In this document: in pieces, positions 33,601-46,900 of the stretch
Layout of the letters: every line of letters begins with the position of its first letter
Numbering within the stretch: the first letter of the stretch is position 1
DNA from: Bugula neritina
Lineage: Eukaryota; Animalia; Bryozoa
DNA length: 64,000 nucleotides
Reading direction: 5' to 3'
Assembly: GCA_964035545.1 (NCBI GenBank)
Contig: OZ037769.1
Span: forward strand, 16,274,633 to 16,338,632
Program-made: the position numbers and the translations under genes
The notes under the pieces: generated by a model
What the model was told of the DNA's origin: nothing
Database searches by the model: none
What the model saw: the letters and a program-made list of their open reading frames with translations, nothing else

Positions 33601-33874
33601 TAGAATTCTAAGTAAGAGCCAATTATTTTTGGTATTTCAACAAATATTTTTCTTCAAGATAGCTTGATAAAATTGGATACTATTTTGCACAATTCACAAA
33701 TGCCGATTTGTTTTTTGCAATATCTTGAGTTTGGGTAGAGATAGAGTTCTAGAGTTTGTAGATTCAGAATCAGCGCAAAATTTTGATCTAGAAACAACTT
33801 TTTTTGAGTGGCCACCTAGTAAAGTGTAATAAACCAATTTTTTGAGCACTTTTTGGGAGGTTACTTCTAGACTA
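30668..33874 (+). mobile_element. Decayed, internally deleted Academ-type (AcademX-like) DNA transposon
   Basis: Perfect 19-bp TIRs TAGTCTAGAAGTAACCTCC (30668-30686 / 33856-33874), flanked by TAA on both sides. Subterminal inverted motif ATTACACTT..GGTGGCCAC. Broken coding remnants: HEEADT (31902), VHALTG..SAFYGKG (~32566), LPPTKDELNLHVKRANYQAAIW (32809), CSC..TDVCQCKDC (~33011-33105). These match the XPG/PIN-like nuclease and Cys-rich tail I recall for Academ proteins. Confidence 0.75.
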
Positions 33875-34280
33875 TAATAACATTTTTAAAGGCAATGTTC
33901 ATTAGAAATGCTGCTTTTATTTTCAACAAATATTATCAAACTACATTTTGCATTATTTGTGAATTTTCTTCATAGTACTGTATCTTTAGGTGGTACAAAA
34001 TTGGAATTATCTTTCCTTAGCAATGAGCGTTTGTACGTCAAGCTGGAAGTTATAAAAACTGACATTATTCCTGCTGTATTTCAAATGTATTTGAAGTAAA
34101 AAAATTAGACATATTTAACAAAACTGCATTAGATGGTCTCTTCAACATCATTTAACGTTTTCTTCACATTATTCAGTTATTTTGTCCAAAAAAACATTTT
34201 GCAGAAATTTTAGCTGTACTTCCCTGCTTTTATAATGATTTGCAAAATATAAGTGTTTGATTTTAAGAAAATCTAACATA

Positions 34281-36846
34281 CACAGTTGGTTTAAGGTCAT
34301 TACTTTCCAGATTCAGGCACTGCTTTATGTTATATATAAACGGTTTCCAGGGGATAGCTCGAACAGTTTTTGTCTCACATTAACAAATTTTACATGAAAA
34401 GATAGCTCTTGCATTCCTCTTTCATATACTTTTTTAATTTTTCAATAAAAATTTTTTTGAGAAAGTTGTTGCATAATAAGTAAAATTTTACACCCTCCAT
34501 GTTCCACTGCTGTAGCACAGGGGATTCATTTTATAAAGTCTAAAAGTTAAACTTGACATTCCTTGATATGTTTTCTCTAATATACTTTCTTTGTTTTTTG
34601 AAATTCTGTTTATGCTCTTCACAATTTGGTAAAAACATACACCATTTTGCAAGTTTCACTGCAATTTTCTAAATTCTTCATATGGTGGTTCTAGCTACGC
34701 TCCTGTGACTAATTATAACATTCCTAGTACGTTTGCCGCTCTGCGCTATCACAATAACATATAGTACCCTCTCGCACAAATTGGCAGTCTATTGGATTTC
34801 TGCCAATATAATGTTCCCTGTTTTACATTAGCACTTAGCTGAATCATCTCACTATGTTACAATAATATATTGAAAATGCCTCAGCACAACATAATTCTTT
34901 GTTTGTTTGGCAGAGTTAATTTCAGCTAAATCACTTCACTTTGCAGTCTTGTCAGTAAAGGTCTGTCTATAGAGCAGCAGGTGTACTTTCAGTTTCTCTA
35001 ATTCACATATGATTATTTTAAGTACATTGTATTCTATAAGATCAATTTAAGGTTTAGTCCAGTGTTCAGTATCTAATTATTATGCATGTATGTTGTCTTA
35101 CTGTTGAACAAAAGTTAAAAAAAACTTTACAACTATAGCCATATTTATTATACATGCGTAGGATTTGCATAAGTTGACAAAAAAAATTGCGACAAAACAG
35201 GGTTGAACCATAACCAACTAACTCCTCGCTGACGCCTTTAACCTCTAGACCACGCAGTCATCGTTAATAAGACGCGCACTATATGAGTAACTATCATTAC
35301 ATAAATATTTCAAAAGGGTTATAATTATTAGGCTGTCAATTCATGTTGATAGCAGTCAACTGTTGCAATAGTCTCGGGTTACTAGCAAAGCTAATGGTTT
35401 TGAACAAATAACCCAAAAGTTTAAAAATATGTAGCTTGCGTATTACTAGCTACAAAAACAGGTCTGAAATAGACTGGTAAAGCAAGCTCTTATTGTAGAG
35501 TTTGCAGATGTGCTCTAAAATAAAACTTAAACTGTATGGTATTACATAAGTATTTGTATGCGAGAGATAAATGGACATTACTGAGTTTCTGGAAAACAAC
35601 ATACTTGAAGTTAACTTTGACAATGGTGTGTTATTTTCATCATACACTAGCACAGATAGGGCCTATAGCATAAATCTCTAATCATATGAATCTTTATGAA
35701 GCCCACAGCTCATGTAAGGGTGGCAAATGTAATTTGAAACTAAAAATTATGTTGCTGCATTTTGTCTAAGGTATATTAGAGAGCAGAATTTGGTTTTACT
35801 AGCCTGCCCCAACGGCATTCTACAATGCAGCTTATATGCTGGCAGTTGTAATAAGTACTGCCAATAGCAAGGTTACTATCACTGCTAGCTCTGTGCAGTA
35901 TGTAACCTCTTGAATAATTGCGCCAATTTTAAACTCTTGGAAGTTGGCCAAGTTATCATATCGCAGCCAGCCACCGGAGACAAAGCATCAGAGCTATTCA
36001 TATAATATTATACTGATGCACTTGGTAGCAGAGTGGCTAATCTAATATAGTTCATAGTTCAACACCCTTTACTTTGGGAATACAGCCTCTTTTTTTAGGT
36101 TTACCTTACAAAGCATGAACATATCTAAACTGATATTCTGATAATTTAGAGGTACATTTTGAAAACTAGGTTAATTGCACTTGTTTGCACAACAACAATA
36201 ATAAATTATATATTATGCAGGATAATAAAAACACACATACTATATAATATATTATAATGATAATAATATAATATTATAAGTACCATTACTGCATTTTATA
36301 AATTACATGGTTGCCAAAAAAATGTATCACAAATTTTGTAATTATACATCAAAAATAGAACTAGCTAGGCAGCAGGTTAGAATAGAGTAAATTTTTAAAA
36401 CATGAAATCATGATTTGACTATTGTTTTATTTAGGCCAATCAACCTAGGAATACAAGATTGGGTTTTAGCTGACAGTTTATAACATTTAGCTTTTGAGCC
36501 AGCAGCACTGGCACTTGTGAAGTATAGGCAAAGTTAGTGAAGCGAGACTAACAAGCACTCAAATACAAGGCATATTGAGACACAATAACAAGTCAGGAGC
36601 GTATAAATTGAAAAGAATGTGGAAGGGGGACTATGTTTTTCAACAAGCTATAACTTAAACATGAATTGGCTTTTGAAAAAAATAAAAAAGTATATTGGAG
36701 AACATAAGTTTCTTTATCTTTTCATATTTTTTTTGTTCCTGTGACATTCAACCTGTTCGAGCTATCAGTGGAACATTGTTCATATAGAACATAAAGCACC
36801 TGGCAAAGAGCCAGAAAATGAAAAGTATGACCTTAAACCAACTGTG
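34281..36846. mobile_element. Non-autonomous TIR DNA transposon (CAC termini, TA flanks)
   Basis: Terminal CACAGTTGGTTTAAGGTCAT (34281) and ATGACCTTAAACCAACTGTG (ends 36846). Imperfect inverted similarity continues for about 200 bp (TGCTTTATGT, GATAGCTCGAACAG, ATGAAAAGATA). TA flanks both ends. No transposase ORF. Confidence 0.75.
35190..35262 (-). mobile_element. tRNA-derived SINE-like head nested in the TIR element
   Basis: Minus strand shows an A-box-like TGGTCTAGAGG and a B-box-like GGTTCAACCC at tRNA-like spacing, with no complete cloverleaf. Confidence 0.45.
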
Positions 36847-36987
36847 TAGACGCCATTATATGTGTGTAATGCATATCCAGAGTGTTTTTACTATTCAATG
36901 TATATAACACAAAATACCTGCTGAAACATGTCATGTACTACTCTATGATATGACAGGTGTCACAGAAAGTGTCATGAGACTGACACA

Positions 36988-39785
36988 TCAAGTACCATTG
37001 ACAGTACCATCAGCCTCAGGGTATGTAATGTTGAACTTTATGAGACCTTTGTCATATGCTGCTGCCCACAGCACGTTCTGCTCGGAAATATGGATGCCCA
37101 TAAAGTGAGCAACTTCGGCAAACTTCTCATGCCGAATTTCTTGTTTAATCTTGCCTGCAGAAATTTATAGAACAATAATGCATTAAAAAAGTATAAATAA
37201 GATATATTTATTGAAGAAAACAACTATATATATACTCATGCTTTTTCTGAGCTAAATATAGTCTTGAATAAACATAGACGTAATTTTCAAGTTTAAATAA
37301 TCATTGCTCTTGGATAAACTACAGTTATATACATCTATAAACCCTGATATTTGTTGTAATGGCAAATATCACCAAGCCCTTGAAATCTTGTTCTTTTTGT
37401 ACTTTATTTTACATGTCATATGTTAACTATACACTGTAAAGATGTAAAAAGGGGCATTATATATACTCAATAGGTAACTACAATTTTTTAGAAGCCTTAG
37501 CTCTCAATGTAGTGGTATGATCAAATATAGCCTGTCAGATCAGGTCTTGAAACAAAATATTTCTTCTTCTTATAAACTTGTTTTTGTTTAAAATAGAGTT
37601 ACAGTTGAACTATAGCTGCAATTTCAGTAAGTCAATCAGTCAATATGATTTCAAACGACTTCTCTGCCAGTTTTGAAGATGATGTGTTGTAATTTAGAAA
37701 TAGATTAGGAAGAGCTAGTGTTCCACATGAGAAAAATTACAGAATAAGTTATTGCAAGATTTTCAATTTGCAGCCCAAATAAAATTTCATAAAGACAAAA
37801 AGAAGTTTAAAATTTCTTCACTACTGGTTTGATATTTCTTCACTACTGGTTTGATGTAAAAGCATTCTCAGGCTTACCTGTCTCTCCGCAGAGAACAAAT
37901 AGAGTCCTAGTCTTGTCTGACCACACCCATATGTCCCCTCTTCTATCACAGCATATTCCAACCGGCTGATCGATATCACAACTCCAAACTACCTTATCCT
38001 CGCTACAGTTGAGTTTATAGAGTCTATTGGATGGCTTACAGTCACTGATGAGGACATTTCCCGGAGTAATAAGATAGAAGTACACCGGGTTTTCAAACGT
38101 CTGATGTTTGATGTACTTGATAATCTCCCCTGTCAAGTTATACACCTGAAGAACCTGTTTCTGGGGATCCGTGACGTACACCTTGTCGTTACTTACTGCT
38201 AACTTACTTAAATGCTGCACGTAAGAAACGGACCACCTTTGAGTTTCCCAATAGTCTGAGGTGTCGAATTCCATTACCTGCTGGTGATTGTTACCAGACA
38301 ACGACACTGTGTAGATCTTGTTGTTGTAGTGTTGTATGCTGACGACGGCTTCTGTGCCGGTGGATACTGATTTGATGATTTCTGCTTCGTCACTGACGAT
38401 GTCGAAGCCAGCCACTCTTCCGACAAGAAGACCACCCAAAGAGCTGGGGGACACGTCATAGCACCACTTGGCTGTCACCACTTGGCACTGGTCCAATTTG
38501 ATGCCACCTTCTATGATCTCATCTAAAACACAAGAGTGTTAGAGACTTATTTACTGGTGCTCTTCTCCAGCTGGTAAAATTGGTTAGTTACATACAGAAA
38601 GCTACAATAAATGTATATTACTATCATATAAACTAGTTATTCTATTCTACCTCATGCGTAAAGAGTGAATATGTGTTAGCAACCATTTAGTAATAAAACA
38701 TTAACAAAAGACTGTAACTTAGAAATTTCTATCTATTCGAATTATAAAATATACAGGGTCATAATGTACAATTATATAACTCAATTAAATGCATGCTTAT
38801 GCAATATAAAAAGTCAATCAGCAAATACATATATAATATATTCATTACATTAATACAATATTTTATATCATATAATATAATTTTGGGTCATAATGTAATA
38901 TATTATGTAATATATATTGGTTTCAAATAAATATTTGCAAAGTAGCATACTATAGCTTATTATATATAGTATTTAGGACACTATATCATTTATGCTCTAT
39001 CTGACCGAGAGGAGATAATCTGTTTGCTACACACCCATAGTAAAAAGAACAGACCGGCACTGCAAAGAACAGCAGGAGAGAATAACTCACAAATTGGATA
39101 CTCGGCAGCCGTCAGCTTCAACGCATCTTTACATGTCGGGCAGGTTGGAACATTATTTCTCTTTGAGGCCGCTGCTTTGGTTATTATCTTGTCTATAAAA
39201 CAATTGGGTGTACAGCATCGGCAGCAACTTAGGCTGAAGTCATAAGTAGTTGATGACTCAAATTAAACACATTATTCTGAGTACTAAGTCACTATTGAGA
39301 AGTTATAGTTCACATCTATATGGTAGAATTAGCAGCACTTACATATAGCTGAATGTAATAGATATAAATTATGCTTTACTTCTCTACTCCCACAAGTTTA
39401 TATTCACCATACATCTCTGTGAGAACCCGGGCTAAGAACTTATTCAGATGAGACACATGCAGGAGCAATTGTGACTGGATGCTCTTTCTAACATCACATC
39501 TTATTGGGGTTCAAACCCATGACTTTGTGTTTACTAAGCCAAACACTAACCCCTAGACCCTGGCTGCTCCCTAAACTATGCTCTACTCCTCCATACTGAT
39601 GATTACTAACAATAATGAACTGAATTATGAGCTAAGGACACCGACTTACTTAAACACTGGTGACAGATGAAATGCTGACAGGGCAGAATCTTCACATCCT
39701 TGTTCTCCTTACATACCATACACGGCGGTATAACAACTTTCTCTGGCTCTGCTGCCTTCTTCTTACTCGCTTTGTTTGTTGCCAT
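36988..39785 (-). CDS. RING (C3HC4) plus NHL/beta-propeller-like protein, putative E3 ligase, 349 aa
   Basis: Exons 39785-39650, 39192-39091, 38522-37878, 37154-36988, all phase-consistent. RING: CMVC..CQHFICHQC..CPTC. Propeller-like blades: LAVSNDKVYVTD, FENPVY..VLISD, PVGICCDRRGDIWV. Confidence 0.8.
39410..39570 (-). mobile_element. Degenerate tRNA-derived SINE in intron 1 of the RING gene
   Basis: Minus strand: A-box-like GGGTCTAGGGG, B-box-like GGTTTGAACCCC, then a non-tRNA body (GAAAGAGCATCCAGTC...). Boundaries are approximate. Confidence 0.5.
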
Positions 39786-42336
39786 GACTACGTCAGCTGA
39801 TTATATACAAGTGCTGCCGCTACAGATTCAGCAATAATTAAAACCAGATAAATAAGTATGTGCTACAGGAAGCCTTAGGTCTTTTATTTCTCTAAAAAAA
39901 AGCCTCATCAGGCGTGCAATTCTGGAACATTTCAAAAAACTATATTATATAATAGAGAAGTTGACTGAAAGGCTTTGCATTATAAAGGTTGCATAATAGG
40001 TATTACCCTTTCTGACGTCACCTTTACAGAACCTTAATCTAGAGCTGGCCACTACAGGCTGTAAGCCAATGTCCAGCTTATTAACTGATTTCTTGAAATT
40101 TTTGAAGATCGAGTAGAAGCTTAGAATGCCAAATAAAAAACAGAAATTCAAAGTTTTTCAATGTCACAATACAACATGCACTCTGAAATTGCTGTAAAAG
40201 CTTCATCTTATTTAGAATTTTAACGGTAATAGAGTTAACGCATTTTGAGATACCATGATTTCTTAATACAGCGTTCAATCATTTTTTATAATTAACCAGG
40301 TTCTAATTTTACTGCATCTGCATTTCTAATAGGAAAATCTACAGTATGGCATGTCTCCTAGTTTCACTTTATTGACTTTGCCCTCATATAGGTTTAAACT
40401 CAGGCACATAGAATAGCTGAACACAAATAAACTAAATTAATAAATACTTAAATTCTGAAATATTTCTCTAAACACTCTATTTATGGAACTTCTTATATTA
40501 TTTTACATATAATATAAATACACTACCATAATATATGCGTCTATACAGTGTACCAGTAGACTAGTATGTATTAAATAATATACCAGTACACAGTCTTAAA
40601 TTTGTTAACATAAAATACGAATAATACAAAGTGTTACACTGATTACTATACCTGTAAGCTCTGTTACATTCAGTTGATAGCTAGCTACTCAAATAAAGCA
40701 GTATAATTATGGTACTACACTTGATTAAACACGATATTAACAATTTAACTGGCACTTGTTATTCTAAGAGACTGTGAATTAGACTAAAGGCTAACGTGTG
40801 TACAAGAGTTCTTCAATGCAATCTATATCTTTTTATTGTTTGCGTTATTTTTGTATTTAATGTGATACCGTATAATGTAATTCAATGAATGTCTTAGACG
40901 AAGGCTGTAATGTGTTTAAGTTTTGAGGAAATTACATTTTAGAATAACATGATTGTGCACTGAAGTGATATTGTCTCGCAAGTAATTGAGCCATGCAGGG
41001 GGCAGTAACTAGGGAAAGGTTACAATAAAATAATACAATTATTTTATTTGAAAGAGTTTCATTGTGTTGGCATTCATTCTGCATTATAATGGTATGTAAT
41101 GTAATATAATGGTATGTAATATAATATGTATTGTGAGACTGTTATATAATACTAGCTAGGCATTTGTATGTGCTATGTTCTATGATCTATTGATAACATG
41201 ATAATGCAATATTATATAAATATTGTCATCTATAAATTCCATATTATTTAGAAACATCATTATCTGTGATGTACTTATACATAATACTGTTGCTGTCAAC
41301 TCCACAAGTAGTACGTCAGTATATCATGAGTTGTACCAACAAGGTGAGGTGTTTGCATGTGCTCACGAGGGATGTCTGTTCCTTTAGTATCTGGCAAGGC
41401 TCAACACTAAGAGACATGATATACAAGGTTTTAATGTATTCGTGGTATTATAGTAAGTACTCATTGCACATGTGTATGTAGCGCAGCGAGCTTATTGTCA
41501 GTGGAAAGATAACTCACTTTCAGAACAGAAGTTGGAATAATTATGAAGTTACATAAGTTGTTGTAAGCTGAACTATCTAAGTTGCTAAACTCTAGTTAGA
41601 AATTTACCCAAGCTAAAGAAAGTCTATGTAAATTAGTTTTACACATAAGTAGTTGTTAGCCTTATGGCTACCCTTGCAGGACTACAGCTTTCAAAGTGAA
41701 AAAGTAGTTACTAACTGTACTATAATAGAACCAAGGGCTATTAGTTGTCCAGCATGTTTTTGCTCTAGGAAATGTTCGTTATCCCTGAAATCCAAGCACT
41801 TGCTAGTCGTGTCAGCATAGCCATGTTAGAACTAATGCTGTGTGAAATAGTACATAGGTTTAATGACATCATTGATTTGCTTAGTCTTGATTCTGTCCCA
41901 TTTTATCAAATAAACGCTCGATTGATTTCTTAGGTGAGAACAACTCCTTATTTATAGATAAATAAAATAAGAGACAAATGAGAATAATATGGTGTCAACA
42001 GTATATTTTACTTTATAATAACTGGCGTATTGATACACATGATTTCGATTGATAACAAAAATGAATATTTAGCACTAAACATACCATTATTGAAAACTTG
42101 GAAATAGTATATGGTGTAGCGTGTTATAAATACAGAGTAAATGACTGCTTAGTCCGTGTACAAGCTAGCATTTATAACACAGCAAAGATAAACCTCCCAC
42201 CCCCTCTTACAGATTGAATTGCAACAGACTTCCTGCTACACAAATCAGTCCAGCGTTGAAGATTGGTGAAAATGTAATTCTTTTGTCGGGTTTCTTTGCA
42301 CCTTATACAGTAAAAAGAGGACAACTCTGCGTAACT

Positions 42337-45300
42337 CTAATCGTCCTCCCAGCCTTGCTGCAACAGGAAGTTGGCTGCCAAGTTCTCGTTTTTGTCACAA
42401 GCAAAGTACGCCTGCACTACTAGATTCTCCTCAAACCCCAGAGCTTTCAACTGAAACACACAAAACAGTTCATACACGTAGACCAGGAAGTAGGAACTAT
42501 GAATCCAGGAAGTTCTAAAGTGAACTGCAACACATACCCTGTCTATAGCTGCTCTCTCGTCTGGTGATATCTGTATGTAGGTGGTGCCAGGCGGGGGAGG
42601 TAATTCCTGACCTGGTGCTGCCTCTGGTGCTGCCGACGTGTCTTCTCCTTCATTCAGCATAGCGACAAATCTGTCTTGATTCTGAGTAATGTACTGCAAT
42701 GAGAGGTGTTATATACAGTATATACTACACACAGTTATATATATATAGTATATACTACACACAGTTATATATATAGTATATACTACACACAGTTATATGT
42801 AGTATACACTTTATAGAGTAGCTGGAAACCCACCTGCAGGAGCTCGGGATTTGTCTGCCCTATTGATTGTACGAGTGGCTGCAGCAAAGAGGGGTTCGAC
42901 CGCACCAACTGTCTCATCTGTTGGAACTGAGGCTGCTGACGCAGGAAGTCCAGAGGGTCAGCAGAACTCTGCTCAGTGGAAGCACCTGTGTAACAAGACA
43001 TATGATTGGCTAGAGAGAGCAAGTAGACAGAGAGGTGAGATATGATTGGCTAGAGAGAGCAAGTAGACAGAGAGGTGAGATATGATTGGCTAGAGAGAGC
43101 AAGTAGACAGAGAGGTGAGATATGATTGGCTAGAGAGAGCAAGTGGACAGAAAGATGAGATATGATTGGCTAGAGAGAGCAAGTAGACAAAGAGGTGAGA
43201 TATGATTGGCTGTAGAGAGCAAGTAGACAGAGAGGTGAGATATGATTGGCTGTAGAGAGCAAGTAGACAAAGAGGTGAGATATGATTGGCTAGAGAGAGC
43301 AAGTAGACAGAGAGGTGAGATATGATTGGCTAGAGAGAGCAAGTGGACAGAAAGATGAGATATGATTGGCTAGAGAGAGCAAGTAGACAAAGAGGTGAGA
43401 TATGATTGGCTGTAGAGAGCAAGTAGACAGAGAGGTGAGATATGATTGGCTGTAGAGAGCAAGTAGACAAAGAGGTGAGATATGATTGGCTAGAGAGAGC
43501 AAGTAGACAGAGAGGTGAGATATGATTGGCTAGAGAGAGCAAGTAGACACATACCTGTGCCGGCAGCCGGGGTGGGGGTGGACTCAGCGGCATCAGGTGC
43601 TGCTGAAGTGGTGGTGGCGATGGGTGCTGCCGGAGCAGCGGCAGGTGCCCCAATCTCTGGAATACCCTGAAATGATACAACATTAGCTATAGAATGACTA
43701 TACTATACAGTGACTATACTATACAGTGACTACTATACAGTGACTATGCTATACCGTGACTATACTACACAGTGACTATACTACACAGTGAATATGCTAC
43801 ACAGTGACTATACTACACAGTGACTGTACTACACAGTGACTATACTACACAGTGATTATACTATACAGTGACTACCAACTCACAGTCATCAAGTACTCCA
43901 CGGCCCGGTCCGGGTTGTTAAAGCTGGCCCTCAAAGCCGCCACCACCTGGTCTCTCTCGAACCCCATCGACATGATCTCACTCACTAGTCTGTCGTACTC
44001 GGCGCCAGTTGCTAGAATGTTCTCCGGGTTCACCAGGTTGATACCTGGTCCAGTGGTAGTTGATGCGCTCGTCTCACTGTTTAAATTCATACATTAGATA
44101 ATAGAAAACAATAATACTACTACATATTACTATATTATATATAACTATATTATATATTACTATATATTATATATTACATATTACTATATAATACTATATT
44201 ATATATTACTATATAGACATAATAGCTGCAGAACCATATTGAAGTGGCACTATTTGCAAGGAGTAAGACCAATTTGGACTCCAATATTTATAACACACCA
44301 CAGTCACACTCGGATATAAATATATAATTAACTCTGATATGCAATGATAATTATTTAACTATAGTATTCATTATGACTAATAGAAACATATTGGGAATAA
44401 CTATACATGTTTATTATATGTTATACAAGTAATTTGTCATTCACTTATTTAGGGGTATAGAGCAACTTGCTACAATTAATAATACAAAGAGCCAAGTATA
44501 CAGCAACATACGATACCAACTAAACAAGCCCAGTGAGCGAAAGGAGACTCATTGAGTGAAGACAGCGACACGAACCTATCAGATGGTGCGGCAGCAGTAT
44601 CAGTGGCACTGGCAGCAGACGTGCTGTCGGCTGCAGAGTCAGTGGCAACGGTGACGCTCTCTGTTGCTGTGGTAGGCGTGGCCGCTGCTGTTACTGGGGC
44701 AGCAGGAGTTGTAGCGGTGCTAGGTGCTGTCGTAGTGGTCGTTGGTGTGGCAGCGGCTGTCGTAACTGGAGGTGATGCCACAGGAGATGCTGCTGGCTTC
44801 CCCTGGAATGAAGGAGTGGAGGGCTTAATATGTTTCGGGGAGAGAGTAGGATAGTATAGTATATAGAGTAGGATAGTATAGGATATAGAGTAGGATAGTA
44901 TAGGATATAGAGTAGGATAGTATAGGATATAGAGTAGGATAGTGTAGGATATAGAGTAGGATAGTATAGGATATAGAGTAGGATAGTATAGGATATAGAG
45001 TAGGGTAGTATAGGATCTAGAGTAGGATAGTATAGGATATAGAGTAGGGTAGTATAGGATATAGAGTAGGATAGTATAGGATATAGAGTAGGGTAGTATA
45101 GGATATAGAGTAGGATAGTATAGGATATAGAGTAGGATAGTATAGGATATAGAGTAGGATAGTATAATATATAGAGTAGGATAGTATAGGATATAGAATA
45201 GCATGCCATACCTTTGTTACCATGACAACAAGGAAATTCTTCTCTTCTATATTGCATTCTGCTAGAGTTTTTGAATCTTCTAATACCCTTCCTGAAACAC

Positions 45301-46516
45301 AGGAACTCTATCACAGACTTTCCTTTTTATGGAACAACACTACAAATTTACCTGCATGTATTAGTTTCTATTTCTTACAAATTTACCTACATATATTATT
45401 CTTATCCTATACAAATTTTACCTGCGTATATTAGTTTCTGCCTATCAGCTGGATAGTCTTTTCCTTTTGTTTCTTCAATCTTATCTTTCAATACCTTCAC
45501 CTTAACAAAAACAATGCATATATCTCAACAGCAACCCTTAAATTGTTGACATGTATACATGTTTAATAAATTCATGAAATCATATGCCAGAGCACCCAAC
45601 TAGTTCAATTAAGATTATAATCTGTGTAAAGAATGGCTGTAGGATGTTCTAAAAAAATTCTTTGAAGATGAAGCTTTCAAGTTTTGAGTTGTATGGAATT
45701 CACAATTGAATGCCATTTTCCTTTCATATAAGTACTTATTTTTTAAACAAATATAACAAAGAAGAACCTTTCACATCTATGTAAATCAACGGTTTAGTCA
45801 GCAGGATAACTTAACTGGTTAAAATATTCATCCTTAGTCTCAAGTAGAATACCTACCTAGTAGTTAGTATCTAGGCAATAACAGCAAAGTACAGCTGGCA
45901 GAGCTTGAAAACGATGTTCATTTTTACAAAAACTATTTTTCAAAACTTTGACCAAAATCCCTACTTTACCATGCACTCTGCTGTTAAAAATGCTATTCCA
46001 TTTTTAGCATTCAACTATCATGATCATTAATATAAAATTATTGTTCCTGTCAGAAACAGAGGATCAGGATCACAGTGTGACTATTACTATTAGTATTAGT
46101 ATTAGTTACAAGTTGAACTTCTAGCTCTGCCTCTAGTCAATTTTTTTTTGGTTTTAAGTTAGTGTTACAGTAATTCAAAGTTAAATTAAAATAGGTGTAC
46201 TATCTGTATCTGTGTTGAATCTCTAGACCCTAGACTTAGAGAGGGGAGAGCCGAAGAGGAGACCTTCACCTTCACTAACCCACAGTCACTAAGACTGCAA
46301 GTCTTACACCATCACTATGTCCACGCTAACTATTACTTTAAATTTATAAATATGGCGCTACAGTTACACTTAAATTTACTGTTACTGAAATCAAAATCAA
46401 ATTGACAAATGTGAAATGTCTATTTCAGTATTTGAATTTCTAACTCTTACCGTTGACGATGTATCGATTTCAATTTTGAAAGTGAGCTGTTGCAAAGTTT
46501 TGATAGTTACAAGCAT
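42337..46516 (-). CDS. RAD23: UV excision repair protein RAD23 (UBL-UBA1-XPC binding-UBA2), 392 aa
   Basis: Exons 46516-46451, 45500-45422, 45291-45212, 44802-44576, 44076-43884, 43666-43555, 42985-42834, 42693-42538, 42450-42337. Motifs: [72 protein letters not shown]. Confidence 0.97.
43000..43549. repeat. 40-bp minisatellite x14 filling RAD23 intron 6, with 200-bp higher-order period
   Basis: TATGATTGGC recurs every 40 bp from 43001 to 43521. The variant AAGTGGACAGAAAGATG occurs at 43141 and 43341. Confidence 0.97.
43693..43874. repeat. 16-bp minisatellite in RAD23 intron 5
   Basis: Unit TGACTATACTA(T/C)ACAG. Confidence 0.9.
44843..45197. repeat. 22-bp minisatellite, ~16 copies, in RAD23 intron 3
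   Basis: Unit GGATATAGAGTAGGATAGTATA. Confidence 0.95.
45342..45440 (-). repeat. 35-bp triplication of the RAD23 exon-2 end and donor
   Basis: Donor-like AG|GTAAA at 45421, 45386 and 45351. Confidence 0.85.
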
Positions 46517-46559
46517 TATGGCTAATTATTTTGTAAACTTAAATAAGCAAATCTAATTC

Positions 46560-46900
46560 AACAGAAGGGTGGTTTAACTGAAATCTCATTCAATTAAATT
46601 TAGAAAATAAAAGTTTGTGAATTACGATGACTTCAGCAATTCCTCTTTCTATCTTTCATGATTTTGACTATTCAAGACCGCATAAACGGAATCCCAAAAA
46701 ACTATTGCTTGAAAAATAGATCGAAAAACGTGGTTTCGAATAGGCGCCGTCAAATAAATCGGTAGCTTTTTGATTTTAAATCTTAAATAAAAAGGCCAAA
46801 AGCAAACGTTAAAGTGAAAGTAAACTCCAGGTTTATAATCATCATGTCTATCATTATTCATATTCACTAAAATAATTAGATTATATTGGAAATGATGATG
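46560..46900. promoter_or_regulatory. Probable bidirectional promoter shared by RAD23 and TRMT13
   Basis: The genes are head-to-head with ATGs about 1.03 kb apart. There is a local CpG-containing patch at 46620-46810. Confidence 0.4.

Noticed and set aside
35190-35262. Functional tRNA gene (also at 39500-39570)
   Set aside because: A and B boxes are present, but there is no intact acceptor or anticodon stem. I treated these as SINE-like heads.
39870-39920. Hammerhead-like CTGATGAG...GAAA on the minus strand
   Set aside because: Stem II cannot form (GGC-T8-AGA) and I found no convincing stems I and III. At most it is a decayed remnant.
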